Notes: generated by a model from the sequence alone, not told the origin. 63,997 nt of DNA from Octopus bimaculoides (GCF_001194135.2 NC_068982.1:38157968-38221964), one strand, 5' to 3'; shown: positions 27,103-39,921, counted from the stretch's first letter. Numbers and translations are program-made.

Positions 27103-27686
27103 ATGCTTCTTTACGCAAATTACTTGTGTCTATTATTATTGTTTAAGACAGCTGTTTGTATAGATGTTCTGAAAGTAACAGCAAAAGCCTTTACAGGAAG
27201 CAAGTTGACCACAGAGTTTGATCAAACTCCTGACAGTCGCAGTCGTACTATAGGGACCAAATCCAATAGCTATCTACCTGATGCAAAAACCACTACAACT
27301 GCACCAACTATGGGTACCAATCTATTGAGCAGTAATGACAACACACACACAGCTAGTATATTGCATACCACTAAATCAGACAGTGCTACCATTAATCATC
27401 AAAGACGGCCACCTAGAACAACTCAGGTAAAGTTTCTATCAAGTACAACTTCCTCACCAACAAGACATTTTTTTACAAGTGTTAATAGTTTACAGCCTAA
27501 AAAGTTAACTACAAAAAGCAGAAATAATAGCATTAGGAAAGCAAAAGTGTCACAAAAGGAAACTGAAGAACCAATTGAAGATAAGGTGGAATATTCTGAA
27601 TTTCAAGATCTTTTACCTGTCGTTGCATTGGTGGAAAAGTTACAAAGTCAAGTGACAGATTTACAACGATTGCATGATCAGGACAA
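27103..27686 (+). CDS. Exon of uncharacterised, putatively secreted Ser/Thr-rich (mucin-like) protein with coiled coil
   Basis: Longest non-repeat ORF (195 aa). ATG lies 2 nt after a TTTAG acceptor; hydrophobic N-terminus MLLYANYLCLLLLFKTAVC; T/S-rich middle; heptad LVEKLQSQVTDLQRL; the ORF stop falls inside a perfect GTAAGT donor at 27687 (phase 2). Confidence 0.7.
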
Positions 27687-29204
27687 GTAAGTTTTTATGT
27701 ATTTTTACTATTATCTATATTGATCAAAATTTCAATCTTATTTTTACCTTAAATCTCATCAAAAGAAAGTTTAAAATTAATATAAAGAATTAAATTTAAT
27801 GTTAAACTTCATTGTATGCTTATATACTCTACAGTTCTTTTTACATTTTTACTGTACACTTTAATTCCCCCCACTTTTCTATTAGAAAAAAAAAAAAATC
27901 ATTTTATAACCTCAAAGTATGTTGGTTATTTATTAAATAACTATCATTCTCTTGTGTCATTCTTTGCTAAATAACCATGAACCATTATACCAAGAGGGCT
28001 TTGAACATATTTCATGTTTATTTGGCTGTTGTATTCATTATAACTGCTAATTTAACAAGTGAACATACTTTACCTTATATGAATACATTATTTAAATAAA
28101 TAAGGACAGCATTTTCTTCTTTTATGCCTCATGAGATTTCTGTTCTCCAGCTGTGTAGCATGATTGGTATATTTAAATATCAACTCCCATTATTCTTAAA
28201 TTATTTATATAACTTTGCATCATATCATTCATTATTCTTTGATAAATATAAATGTCTGCTTTTAAATAATATTAGTACTCTAAAAATGTTATTCCTTCCT
28301 TCCTTCTTTCCTTCCACCCTTTCTTCTTTCCTTCCTTCCTTACTTCATTCATTCATTCATTCATTCATTCATTCCAAAATAGACTATATATGGTTAATAT
28401 TTGCTTTTCTCTGTTAGATGACTGGGGATTTGTGAACATGTGTTTTTAAGGTTTCATGCTTTTCACACAGCTTAGATGTTCTAATCATAACAAAGCTATA
28501 AGGGATGAGTATTTTGCTTCACATGTACATAAACTGAAGCAGAATGATTTAGGGTGATGAGGTGGGGAGGCTACGCTGTCATTTTTTTTTCAACCTGCTC
28601 AATCTAGTAAATAAACTTCTCTGGACAAACTTCTTATACATACAGGCATAGCTTTGCAACCACATGGTTTTGAGTTCAATCTCATAGCACAGCACTTTTG
28701 GCAAATGTCTTTAACTATAGCCAAGAGCTAACCAGTGCTTTGTGAGGGAATTTAGTGGATTGAAACTTTGTAGAAGTTTGTTGTGTGTGGTGAGTGTGTG
28801 TGTGCATGTGTGTGTGTGTGTGTGTGCATGTGTGTATGTGTGTGTGTGTATGTATGTGTATGTGCATGTGTTTGGGTTTGAGTGTGTCTCCCTATTGCCT
28901 GACAACCAGTGTTGTTTGTCTATTCTCTTATCCCTGTAACTTAGTGGCTCAGCAAAAGAGACTGATAAGATAAGTACCAGACTTCAGAAAACAAACACGG
29001 GGATCAATTTGTTTGACTTAAGCCATCAAGGTGATGCCCCTGTTTGGCTGCCATCCAATGACTGAAATAAATAAAAGACAAAAGATAAAGGACTATATGT
29101 ATGTTTGAAATCCTTAATCTTTCCATAATCTTTATCTTTGTTCTGTAACAAACAAGAAAAGTGAATAGAAGGAATGCACTTTATTGAAGAGAGACCTTAT
29201 GAGC

Positions 29205-29320
29205 ATGAGGATGACCTCATCTTCATTTCAAGGACGTCTGCAAGAGAGATATGAAGTCTCTTGATCTGGATGCCCTGAGATTAGAGGAGGTTGAAAATGA
29301 TTGCCCGCACTAGAGATAAA
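29205..29320 (+). mobile_element. RTE (BovB-like) LINE C-terminal remnant
   Basis: G*PHLHFKDVCKRDMKSLDLDALRLEEVENDCPH*R, typical of the RTE ORF end. Confidence 0.7.
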
Positions 29321-29447
29321 TAGTGCGAAAGGGATGAAACAAGGGGAAGAAAAGTAGGAACTCGTGCTGTGCTGGTACTGCCACCATCACCACCACCATC
29401 ACTGTTGATGTCGCTGTCGTTGTCGCCGTCATCATCGTCGTCGTCAG

Positions 29448-29485
<38 letters not shown>

Positions 29486-29803
29486 ACAGCAGCAGTAGCA
29501 CCAGTAACTCTACTACCACCCCTACAGCCACCAGCATTTATTACACCATTGTCATTGTTTATAAAACTATTGGGGAAGGTGGATTGGTTAGGTTGTCCTA
29601 TGGTATATTTAGTTACAACTCTGTGTTCTGAGTTCAAATCCTGCCATGGTTAACTTTGCTTTTTCATTTTTCTGAAGTCTATAAAATTAAATGTCAGTTC
29701 AATACTGGGATTGATATAATCGACTATTTCCCACCCCAACTCTCTGCTCCCTACAAATTTTTGGCCTTGTGCTTCTGTTAGAAATTATTATTATACTACT
29801 TTG

Positions 29804-30590
29804 CAGGGACCCCAGCCACTAGGTCATGGACCAGTACAAGGCAGTGGATCATTTGGTACTGGCCCACACAGAAAGAAAAAATTTCTTAATTCTATTTCTC
29901 TTTTATTGACTAATTGTGGAGAGAACCTGTGGAAAGGGTAGACCTAGAAAATTGTAGGATGAAATGGTGAGAAAGGATCTTCAGATATTGGGTCTTAATG
30001 AGCAGATGACAAGGGATTGAGACTTTGGTGATTTGCTGTACTTGAGAAGAGAAGTAAAATCGTGGCCATACGTACATACATACATACAGACATGTCCTTT
30101 ATGGCCATGCCCCCACTCCCTCTCCCAGCAGAGAAGTCTTTGTCTTATAAGTACTGGTGCCATATAAAATGCATTCATGCTGGTGCCTTGTAAAATGCAC
30201 TTGTGCTGGTTCTATGTGAAATGCACTCATGCCATGTAAAAGTACCCAGCACAATCTGTATAGTTGTTGGCGTTAGGAAGGGCATCCAACCATAGAAACC
30301 ATGCCAAAACATAATTGGAGCTTGGATAGCTCTTTAGCTGGCCAGCTCCTGTCAAACCATCCAACCCATGCCAGCATGGAAAACAGACATTAAAGGATAA
30401 TGATAGTAATGATGATAACTATTGCAACCAACAGGGTGTTTTTGTATTATATATGTAATATATATTTGTTATAATTAAATCATATTTGTTGCACTTTATT
30501 GTGTTTTGATCTGTGTGAAATCCACCAGTCTGTAGAAAAATTATCTTGACTGAAACTGGCCCATGGTGCAAAAAATGTTGGGGACTAAGG
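29804..30590. mobile_element. Degenerate hAT MITE interrupted by an RTE 3' end
   Basis: Left CAGGGACCCCAGCC...GGACCAGTAC; right GGCCCATGGTGCAAAAAATGTTGGGGACT, MER1-like ends. Confidence 0.55.
29930..30420 (+). mobile_element. RTE LINE ORF end plus 3' UTR with (GAT)n-like tail
   Basis: TCGKGRPRKL*DEMVRKDLQILGLNEQMTRD, followed by the TTGGCGTTAGGAAGGGCATCCA core and CCAACCCATGCCAGCATGGAAA tail. Confidence 0.7.
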
Positions 30591-31597
30591 CATTATGGTA
30601 TCTTTTATCTTTTACTTATTTCAGTCATTTGACTACCGCGAAGCTGGGGCAATGCTTTGAAGGGTTTAGTTGAACAAATCGGTCCATTACTTATTTTAAG
30701 TCTGGTACATATTCTATCAGTATCTTTTGCCAAATCACTTAGTTATGGGAATGTAAACAAACCAACACTAATTGCCAAATGGTGGTGGAGTTAAACTTGT
30801 TCCCAACTGTTTGTCAATCATTACCACTGATATTGTACAATTATTCACATTTAATGTCTTCCTATTCCTTGTCAATTTTTCTTGTGGGATCATCATTGCT
30901 TTTTATTCTTCCATATCAGTTGTTGACCATTACATGTTTCATATGTATATCATGCCCCACTTTACCCAATGTGAGTTTTCAAGTTTAAAATAATAAGATA
31001 CAATTTGAATGAGATTTTGCTGTCATTTCCAGCTGGATGAGTGACTGCATGCAGGCTATTTTGTTGGCTTTAAATACTTGTTAAATACTGAGGGCACTTG
31101 TAATTGATCTCAAATCATTTCTTTCTTAAATTTCATGTAGCTTTGGGCTTTATTTTCCAACATACAAATTGACATAGTATATAGTGTAAACATGTCGAAC
31201 AAACATTCAAACACTGCCACTATATTTCCAAATCTTGCTGCATTTCATGTAAAATTTTTGGTTCTCCAGAGTCATCTTGGTGTATAAGTCAACCTGCCTA
31301 TTTTGGTTGTAAATTTTGGTCTGAAAATTTGACTTGTGTGCAGAAAAATATGGTAGTTATAACTTTATCTCCTTCAAGTTCCATCAATAAAAGTGATTTA
31401 TTTCAAAACTTATGGTTGTTGTTGTTCTGGCCCATGGTATTGTCCTGATCCTTTTTGTTCAGAGTTCAAATCTTGCTGAAGCCAACTTTTCCCTTCATCT
31501 TTTTAAGACCAATAAAAAGCAAGTAACAATCTAGAGTAGTGAACTAATGGAGCTGTAAGAGCATCTGATGGGATGTCTAGCAGTGTTTGTTCTAGTT

Positions 31598-31925
31598 CAG
31601 GGCTGGCCAACCTGAGGCCTGCAGGCTGCATGTGGCCCACAGACTTTTATCTTGCAGCCTGCTCGATACTTCTTGAAGTATTGTGTTTAATTTCAAAATA
31701 AAATTGTTTGTATAAAACATTTGTTTCAAAATAAATTAAAAATTTATAAGTGGCAATAAAGCAATAGCCTACAAATTTATAATTTTAAACAAATGAAAAG
31801 TATGAAAAATTCTTGATTCTGTAATTTAATTATTTGATTATTAGTGCATAAAGAATACAAGCGGCCCTCAAAAAACTTTCTGTGATTAAAGTGGCTCGCG
31901 ATGTAATTCGAATTGGCCAGGCCTG
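31598..31925. mobile_element. hAT (Charlie-like) MITE
   Basis: TIR CAGGGCTGGCCAA / TTGGCCAGGCCTG (1 mismatch); perfect 8-bp TSD TTCTAGTT at 31590-31597 and 31926-31933. Confidence 0.93.
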
Positions 31926-32109
31926 TTCTAGTTCTTAGTATTTTCTGAGTTTAAATCCTATTACAGCTTGTTTGAGTGGTAAGCTTAATTCATTACCTGG
32001 CTTTAGGCTGCCATCTTGCACCTTGGATACATTTATTCCACATTGTTGCAGGCATTCAGATTAGCTTTCCAATTTGAGCACACTTTCCAACATCCCTCTT
32101 TGAGGTATA

Positions 32110-32440
32110 TGACTCTGTGGTTAGAATATTGAGCTTACAATCATGAGGTAGTGAGTTTGATTGAGTGGGCTGAGCTGTGTGTTGTGCTCATGAGCAAGAC
32201 ACTTTATTTCACATTGTTCCAGTTCACTCAGCTGTAGAAATGAGTTGCGACGTCATTGGTACCAAGCTGTATTGGCCTTTGCCTTTCCCTTAGATAACAT
32301 CAGTGGCATGAGGAGGAGAGGCTGGTATGCCTGGGTGACTGCTGGTCTTCCATAAACAATCTTGCCCAGATTTGTGCCTTGGAGGGGAACTTTCTCGGTG
32401 CAATCCCATGGTCATTCATGACTGAAGGGAGTTTTTACCC
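32110..32440 (+). mobile_element. tRNA-derived SINE family C
   Basis: Head GTGGTTAGAAT...GAGTTTGATT, then TTGAGCAAGACACTTTATTTCAC; partial minus copy at 58265-58460. Confidence 0.65.
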
Positions 32441-33087
32441 TTTTAAAAGATTATGGGCACTGTCTGCCCTTCTGATAGAAATGTTACTTGTAAAAATGTA
32501 AAATATAAAATGTTAAACATCCAGCTGAAACAGATGAACAATGTTGCCAAGATAAAATGTGCTTCAATATCTAATGGACTTGTGCTGGAAGAATGGGATC
32601 TCAAGCCTTTGTGAAGTGGTACCAGCATGAAGTTAAAATGGTACACAATGATTATTGTTATTGTCCCCAGGTCAGCTCTAATTAAACAGACCTATGATAA
32701 AAAGATGTTGCTGCCTAGTTGTCATCTAATGTATCTTTCTTTTAAGACTGTACAGTATAGTTTGAGGGTATGATTTAGATCCTTTTAACATACTACAGCA
32801 TGCTGTAGAGTATGATTTAGTAACTATTTCTAGCAGATTAAGTGACTGTAAAGTAGAAGTGTCAAACACATTTGGCTTTGTGAGCTGGGTTGAAGCATAA
32901 ATTAGATCTTGTGGGTCAGATAGGGGCAATTATTTCCAAAAACCCTATTCATAATGGCGAAAGTAAATGAATGAGGGGGGAATCAATATACATTATGATA
33001 ATTTTATAGATGATAAAAAAAGGGAAGAATATGAAATTTTAGCAAAGTTTACGCAAGGAGTTGTGAAGGAAAAAGTCACCCACATGC

Positions 33088-33125
<38 letters not shown>

Positions 33126-34904
33126 GTCCCATTAAACAAGAGACCTTATGTGAAAACAGAGATGGAAATTATTCAAATGAATGCATAAAATTCTTGAAGA
33201 TTAATACTTGGTAGAAAGCTGAGACTATTTCAGCTGCAAGACCTTTCAATATCATTTGCATCACAAGAATCCATTTAGACAAATAAAAATAAATAGATAA
33301 ATAAATAAATAAATAAATAAAATAATTCTGTTTGACAAAGTGAAGGGAAAATTTTAATATATGGATTCATAAACTTCTTTTTCATTGGCTGAGATAACAA
33401 AAGGTTTCCTATAGTGCACTGATTTGATTAGTGTAAATCACTACTCTTGATTGTCTCTTATTCTAAAATCAATTCAAGTGATATATATTTTACAAAATAA
33501 TAATTTTTTCCTAAACTGAGCCACACATCCTTGAAGTACCTAAATCTGGTTACTGTTGTTGTCAGGTCGCCCTGACTTAGTTGATTTATGATCCAAAGAC
33601 ATTCTGGCCATAACTGTCCCATTTTTTTTTTCAGACAGATATATCTAGGACCACATTATGTAATGTAACTTTCCTTAAAAGATTGTTGGGTAGTGGTTCC
33701 AAAACTGGAGTCTATAAATTCCTAGGGATCTACAAAGAAAGTACTGTGGGTCCATGAGTAGAGTTGAAAATTTGTCAAGTAGATTGATCTTTCAAACTCT
33801 GCGATACATGGGAAAATACATTTGAATTAAAGGGGTTTTTGGTCAAAAAATTTTGGGATCCTCTTCTGTTGGGTGTGATTTGAGGGAGATTTGGTTGCTG
33901 TTTCTATTAGGATAAGTGACTGCAAAATGGCTTTCTAAGTGGCACAGATACAGTATGTTAAAAATAACGGATTAAAATCCTATCATTACACATTAACATT
34001 CAGACCTTCTGGATGTAGACACAAGAGACCTGATATTGTGTTTGTCAATGTTAATGAAAGGGCATTTTATGGTCTACAAAGTTTCAAGAAATAGGTCAGA
34101 ACTTTCTGAGACAATATGAGGAAGTTGGACAAGTATAGTGTCAAAAACAGTTAAGGTTAGCTCTTAATAAAAACATCCTGCAAAAAAATCTGTATTGCTT
34201 GGAACTGCTTAGAAAAGTATTAGTAAAATATTCACTAAATGTAGCACAAAATTGAACACTTGATTTGAAATGCAAAAAAGGGATTCTGGAAGCATCCATT
34301 TTCACATTGTATTAAAATGATTGTAGTCTGCACTAAATGCTTATAAACAATTGATGGCAAAAGAATGAAATATATCAGTTTCATTTTACTATTTCAATGA
34401 ATTGAAGACTATCAAAATTCAGATTCTGGTGTAATTTTATCTTATATTTGATTGTGCAATAAATTTCTTGAATAAAGAAATCTTCGTTATAGTTACAATT
34501 TGTAAAAGGATATGGTTAAACCAAATAGAAATGTTGTTTTCAAACACACGTTATTCTAATACATATAAAGAAAATATATTCCAGGGGGAATAAATAGATA
34601 TATAAATAGATTTTTTAAAAGGCTTGGACTGAGTAGAACATAGTCAATAATGTCTACATAATTGTTATCTTCAGGATAATGAGTTAAATAATGTGAAAGC
34701 CACTGGGTAATTGAAGAATATCAAAGGGTATTGAAATATATGAAAGGAGATAAGTGAAACGGTTTTTATGCTAATGCATATCAATAAAAAAAGAAGCTTT
34801 TACAGGATGTTAAGTAAATTATCTTTATGTAAAACATGCTGTCAGTAGAAAAAAAATGTTTATTCTTATTTTATTATATTATCAGAATATATGTTATATT
34901 CTTT

Positions 34905-35240
34905 TATTTGCTTTGGTCATTAGATCGCAGCCATGCTGGGGCACCCCCTTGAAGAATTTATAGTCCACTGGATTGACCCCAGTACATGTTTTATTTTAAG
35001 CCAAGTACTTATTCTATCAGGCTCCTTTGCTAAAACTCTAATGTTACAGGGATGTAAACACACCAATAACAGTTGTCAAGCAGTGGTAGAAGACGCACAC
35101 ACACACACACACACATGACAGGCTTCTTTCAGTTTCTGTCTACCAAATCCACTCACTAGAAGACACTTGCCCAAGGTGCCATGCAGTGGGACTGAACTCA
35201 GAACCATGTAGTTGGGAAGCAAGCTTCTTACCACACAGCT
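34905..35240 (-). mobile_element. Family A SINE, older
   Basis: Same motifs, diverged; further diverged copies at ~5775-6210 (+) and ~28645-29090 (+). Confidence 0.7.
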
Positions 35241-35719
35241 AACTGCAATACGTTGTAAAGTCACTGCTGTGAGGGCACCAAGCTGTAGAAACCATGCCAA
35301 AGCAGACACTGGAGCATGATGCTGTCCTTGGACTCCTCATATCCTGTCAAACCATGAAACTCATGACAGCTTAGAACATGGACATTAAATGGTAATGGTG
35401 ATGAATATCTCACTGCTCGTTAATAATTTACAGAAATCTCATAATTTATTGCCTAATATGCAAATTTGGTTAATTTCCTACTGTAGTTAATCGAATAAAT
35501 ATGTCATTCATTGAGGTTATGCAATTAGGCAGAATCAACTGCATTAATGTTCACAACTAGAAGCTAAGTAAAATAATAGTGACTGCCATTAAAATACACA
35601 TCACCTAAAATGTAATTCAGGAAAGATGACTTTCACCATGACGATAGAGGGTAGCAGCCTTCTGCAATTAGAAAACTATTATGAAATATCTACATGAATA
35701 AAATATATCTATGTGGCTA

Positions 35720-36140
35720 GGTGCAGGCATGGCTTGGTGGTAAGAAGCTTGCTTCCTAACCACATGGTTCTGGCTTCAGTCTCACTGTGTGGTACCTTGG
35801 GCAAGTGTTTTCTACTATAGCCTTGGGCTGACCAAAGACTTGTGAGTGGATTTGGTAGATGGAAACTGAAAGACGCCCGTCATATATATATATGTACATG
35901 TACATACATACATACATACATATATATATGTAGATATTTGTATGTCTGCGTTTGTCCTCCCAACATCACTTGACAACCAATGTTGATGTGTTTACATTCC
36001 CATAACTTAGTGGTTCAGCAAATTAGACCAATAGAATAAGTCCCAGGCTTACAAAGAATAAGTCCTAGAATCGATTTGTTTTACAAAAGGTAGTGCTCCA
36101 GCATGGCTGTGGTCAAATGAGAGAAACATGTAAAAGAGTA
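35720..36140 (+). mobile_element. Family A SINE
   Basis: Full head to tail. Confidence 0.8.
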
Positions 36141-36452
36141 CAAGAATATAAATAAAAACAGATATTTTTTGTGTGATTAGAGAAATCAATAAACATAAAT
36201 GAGAAACCAGAGCAGCAGATAACTGTGAGAAAGAAGGTAAAACAATTAAAGGAAACATTAAAAGCTAAAAAGTAAATTAAAATTTGAATTTAGAAAAATT
36301 GGCATACTTAAACATTAGCAATAAAAATTCCTGCATAACTAAACTCAACAAGATTGGATTAAGTGAGAATGGCTAAAGAAAACATTTCAACACTAGCTAA
36401 GAAGCTGAAGACTCAAGAAAAGGAATGAAGTATTTTTGTTTATGACACATAT

Positions 36453-36489
<37 letters not shown>

Positions 36490-37091
36490 GATGATGATGA
36501 TGATGATGATGATGATATATATATATATACATATATATACATACATCGAAGACCTGTTGAGGCAAGTGAAATCGAAATCGAGTTAAATTGGACACTAAAC
36601 TTCCACTTGCGAAGACCTGTTGAGGCAAGTGAAATCGAAGTTAAGTAAAATTTGACGACTGGCACCCATGCCAACGTCGTCTCCCTCATTGGACACGAAA
36701 CTCAGCTTGCGAAGACTTATTGGGGCAAGCGAAAGCGAAATTGTGATGGCATCTNNNNNNNNNNATATATATATATATATATACGATGATGATGATGATG
36801 ATGATGATGATATATATATATATACATATATATACATACATCGAAGACCTGTTGAGGCAAGTGAAATCGAAATCGAGTTAAATTGGACACTAAACTTCCA
36901 CTTGCGAAGACCTGTTGAGGCAAGTGAAATCGAAGTTAAGTAAAATTTGACGACTGGCACCCATGCCAACGTCGTCTCCCTCATTGGACACGAAACTCAG
37001 CTTGCGAAGACTTATTGGGGCAAGCGAAAGCGAAATTGTGATGGCATCTGTGCCTAGCAACGCCTTTCTGGCACTTGTGCCCGCGGCATGT

Positions 37092-37535
37092 GTAAGGACA
37101 CGTGTGACCTTTTGGAATCACAACGAAGTGCACAACAGCCTACCATCCACAGGCCAATGGGTTAGTGGAAAGATTTCACTACTGCCTGAAGAAATCCCTG
37201 ACAAACAGACTTAACGGGCCAAATTGGATTGATCAACTTCTATGGGTGATGCTGGAAATCCACACTGCCCCAAAGGAAAATCTCAGCACTTCTTCCATAG
37301 AAATGGTGTATCATGCCCCTCTTGTAGTGCCAGGAGAGTTCCTTCTGAACATGAAGTCAGTCCTGGATGTCAAAAGGTACCTCATGCAACTAAGAGTCAG
37401 TGTGGGCCAGTTGTGCCCTATTCCCATGTCAACATGTGGTACACCTAGATCATCTGTACCAAATGACCTCTGCATGGCTGACTTCGTGTTCGTTCGACAT
37501 GAGACATGATGAAAGCCCTTCCAGTCACCCTATGA
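37092..37535 (+). mobile_element. Gypsy/Ty3 integrase fragment
   Basis: FGITTKCTTAYHPQANGLVERFHYCLKKSL...WIDQLLWVM...TAPKE...EMVY..PLVVPGEF...DFVFVRH. Confidence 0.9.
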
Positions 37536-37737
37536 TAGCTCACAAATGGCACCTGTGCGGGTGGCATGTAAAAGCACTCATTACACTCATGGAGTGGTTG
37601 GCATTAGAAAGGGCATCCCGCTGTAGAAAACCATGCCAAATCAGACAGGACTCTGGTGCAGCCTTCCAGTGTACCGTTCAAACCATCTAACCCATGCCAG
37701 CATGGACAATGGACCTTAAATGATGATGATGATGAAC

Positions 37738-37878
37738 TGTAGACAGGAACTTTGCTGCGCACTAGCTAAGCAGCTGGTCTGCAGTGAAGTGGACTTCCAG
37801 TTAAGTGGGCTTTCTGCTAAGCAGTTGGCTGGTGGCTGCCATCCTCATGTATTTAACTGAATAAATCTTTCAGTAACA
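37738..37878 (+). mobile_element. Possible short LTR remnant
   Basis: TGTAG...AATAAA...GTAACA downstream of the integrase fragment. Confidence 0.3.
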
Positions 37879-37976
37879 CAATCTGGGTCTCCGTTGATTT
37901 TTTGTGTATAGCTTAACTAAAGCTCCACACACACAAGTATACATACATACATACATTCACACGTGCATATATATAC

Positions 37977-38031
<55 letters not shown>

Positions 38032-38940
38032 AGAAAAAATATTGAGAAAAAGTTGAAAATGCATCAAAATTTTCTCTTATATTTATATATGTTGTGTAAT
38101 TAAAGCAAGCGGAGAATAATTTTATTCTATGTGTTTATATGTAAGAAAAATAAAAACATAATACGCTTTCACAAAATAAGTGTTTTTGTGTCATAGTTCA
38201 ACTGAAATATATATATAGATATACACATACACACTCACACAAACACACACGCATGCACACATGCACACACACACATACCAGCTTTAAATATATGGAAAAT
38301 GTGCAGAAACAATTATTCATATTGTGTGTGTTTTCCTATTTTTAGTGAAAACTATATATGAGCACACATGACATTGATGGAAGTTTCATTCATTAGAAAC
38401 AATGCAATTATTATGGAATATACACAGAACAAAAATAATACAAATACCTCAAAAGGTCTCAGAAAGTCATAAGGAAATCAGTTTGTGAGATTTACAGATT
38501 ATTCAGACAGGAAAATTAAAGTATATCACCCAGGTAATGCCAGTAAGATACACAGAATATGTGGACTGAAAACAGAAATAATCCCCATTATTAACAGGGA
38601 TTATTTCATCCCTCCTTCCNNNNNNNNNNNNNNNNNNNNNNNNNNNNNNNNNNNNNNNNNNNNNNNNNNNNNNNNNNNNNNNNNNNNNNNNNNNNNNNNN
38701 NNNNNNNNNNNNNNNNNNNNNNNNNNNNNNNNNNNNNNNNNNNNNNNNNNNNNNNNNNNNNNNNNNNNNNNNNNNNNNNNNNNNNNNNNNNNNNNNNNNN
38801 NNNNNNNNNNNNNNNNNNNNNNNNNNNNNNNNNNNNNNNNNNNNNNNNNNNNNNNNNNNNNNNNNNNNNNNNNNNNNNNNNNNNNNNNNNNNNNNNNNNN
38901 NNNNNNNNNNNNNNNNNNNNNNNNNNNNNNNNNNNGAAAT

Positions 38941-39107
38941 AGAGTTATTAATATTTCTAAGTCTCTCTAAAGGAGACTACGGCAGCGGTACTGGAAATTA
39001 ATAGTTATCACCATGTGGGACTGCAATGTTGGCTTGGCGATAACTATTAATTTCCAGTACCGCTGCCGTAGTCTCCTTTAGAGAGACTTAAAAATATTAA
39101 TAACTCT
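38941..39107. repeat. Near-perfect 72-bp-arm palindrome
   Basis: Arms 38941-39012 and 39036-39107, 2 mismatches, 23-nt loop. Confidence 0.95.
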
Positions 39108-39373
39108 CTCTATATATATATATACATACACACATACACACACAACAATAATAATAATAATAATGATAATCCTTCCTGTTATAAACACGAGGCCTGAAAT
39201 TTTGGTGGAGGTAGCTAGTTTATTACATTGACCTCAGTGCTTGACAGATACTTAATTTATTGACCCTGGAAGGATGAAAGGTATACTTGACCTTGGCAGA
39301 ATTTGAACTCAGAATGTAAAGATGGATGAAATACCACTAAGCATTTTGCTTGGCATGCTAATGATTCTGCCAT

Positions 39374-39423
<50 letters not shown>

Positions 39424-39836
39424 TATAACAACTACCCATCTCATTATTTTACTTCCATATCTAATCCATACATTCTGATGGTGTGTCAAAAGGGTTATAA
39501 AGATATATGGAAATGTACTTTAGTAGTTATACAAAAACAGGGTACAAGGATGTTATATAATACATTGGAATATATTAAATTTTTTAAATTTCGCACAAGT
39601 AAATGAATATACATATTAAATTTTGTAAAATTATACAAATGAATTAATGAATATATAAGTATATAGATATTAATAAAAGAATATAAATGAATCACAAAGA
39701 CTAAAGATAAAAAATAAAAACTACCAACTGGGTTTGACCAAGGTCCACTTATGTTCCTCCCCCCCACCTTTGCTTCATATATTCTAAAAACATAATTCAA
39801 AATGTTCAATCCTGAAGATGTCTGTTGTCTATTCAG

Positions 39837-39921
39837 GTATTTGAGTGGATTACAGCAGGCCAATGTACTCTTGGAAAATAATGTAGAGATACTTATAAAC
39901 TTTGAGAATGGTTCTTATTAG
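39837..39921 (+). CDS. Candidate second (possibly terminal) exon of the plus-strand gene
   Basis: TCTGTTGTCTATTCAG acceptor; phase 2 gives (K)YLSGLQQANVLLENNVEILINFENGSY*, continuing the heptad register (L, N, L, V, L at 4-3-4-3 spacing). Confidence 0.35.

Noticed and set aside
27540-27600. FNWFF on the minus strand resembling the missing TBC FNWF motif
   Set aside because: It is followed by a stop, lacks splice sites and overlaps the plus-strand exon; coincidence.
36546-36730. Repeat-spacer pattern resembling a CRISPR array
   Set aside because: Eukaryotic context, no cas genes, irregular spacers that partly repeat; it is retroelement-derived.
36461-37049. Exact 295-bp tandem duplication
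   Set aside because: The two identical copies are separated by a 10-N gap, the classic signature of unmerged overlapping contig ends.
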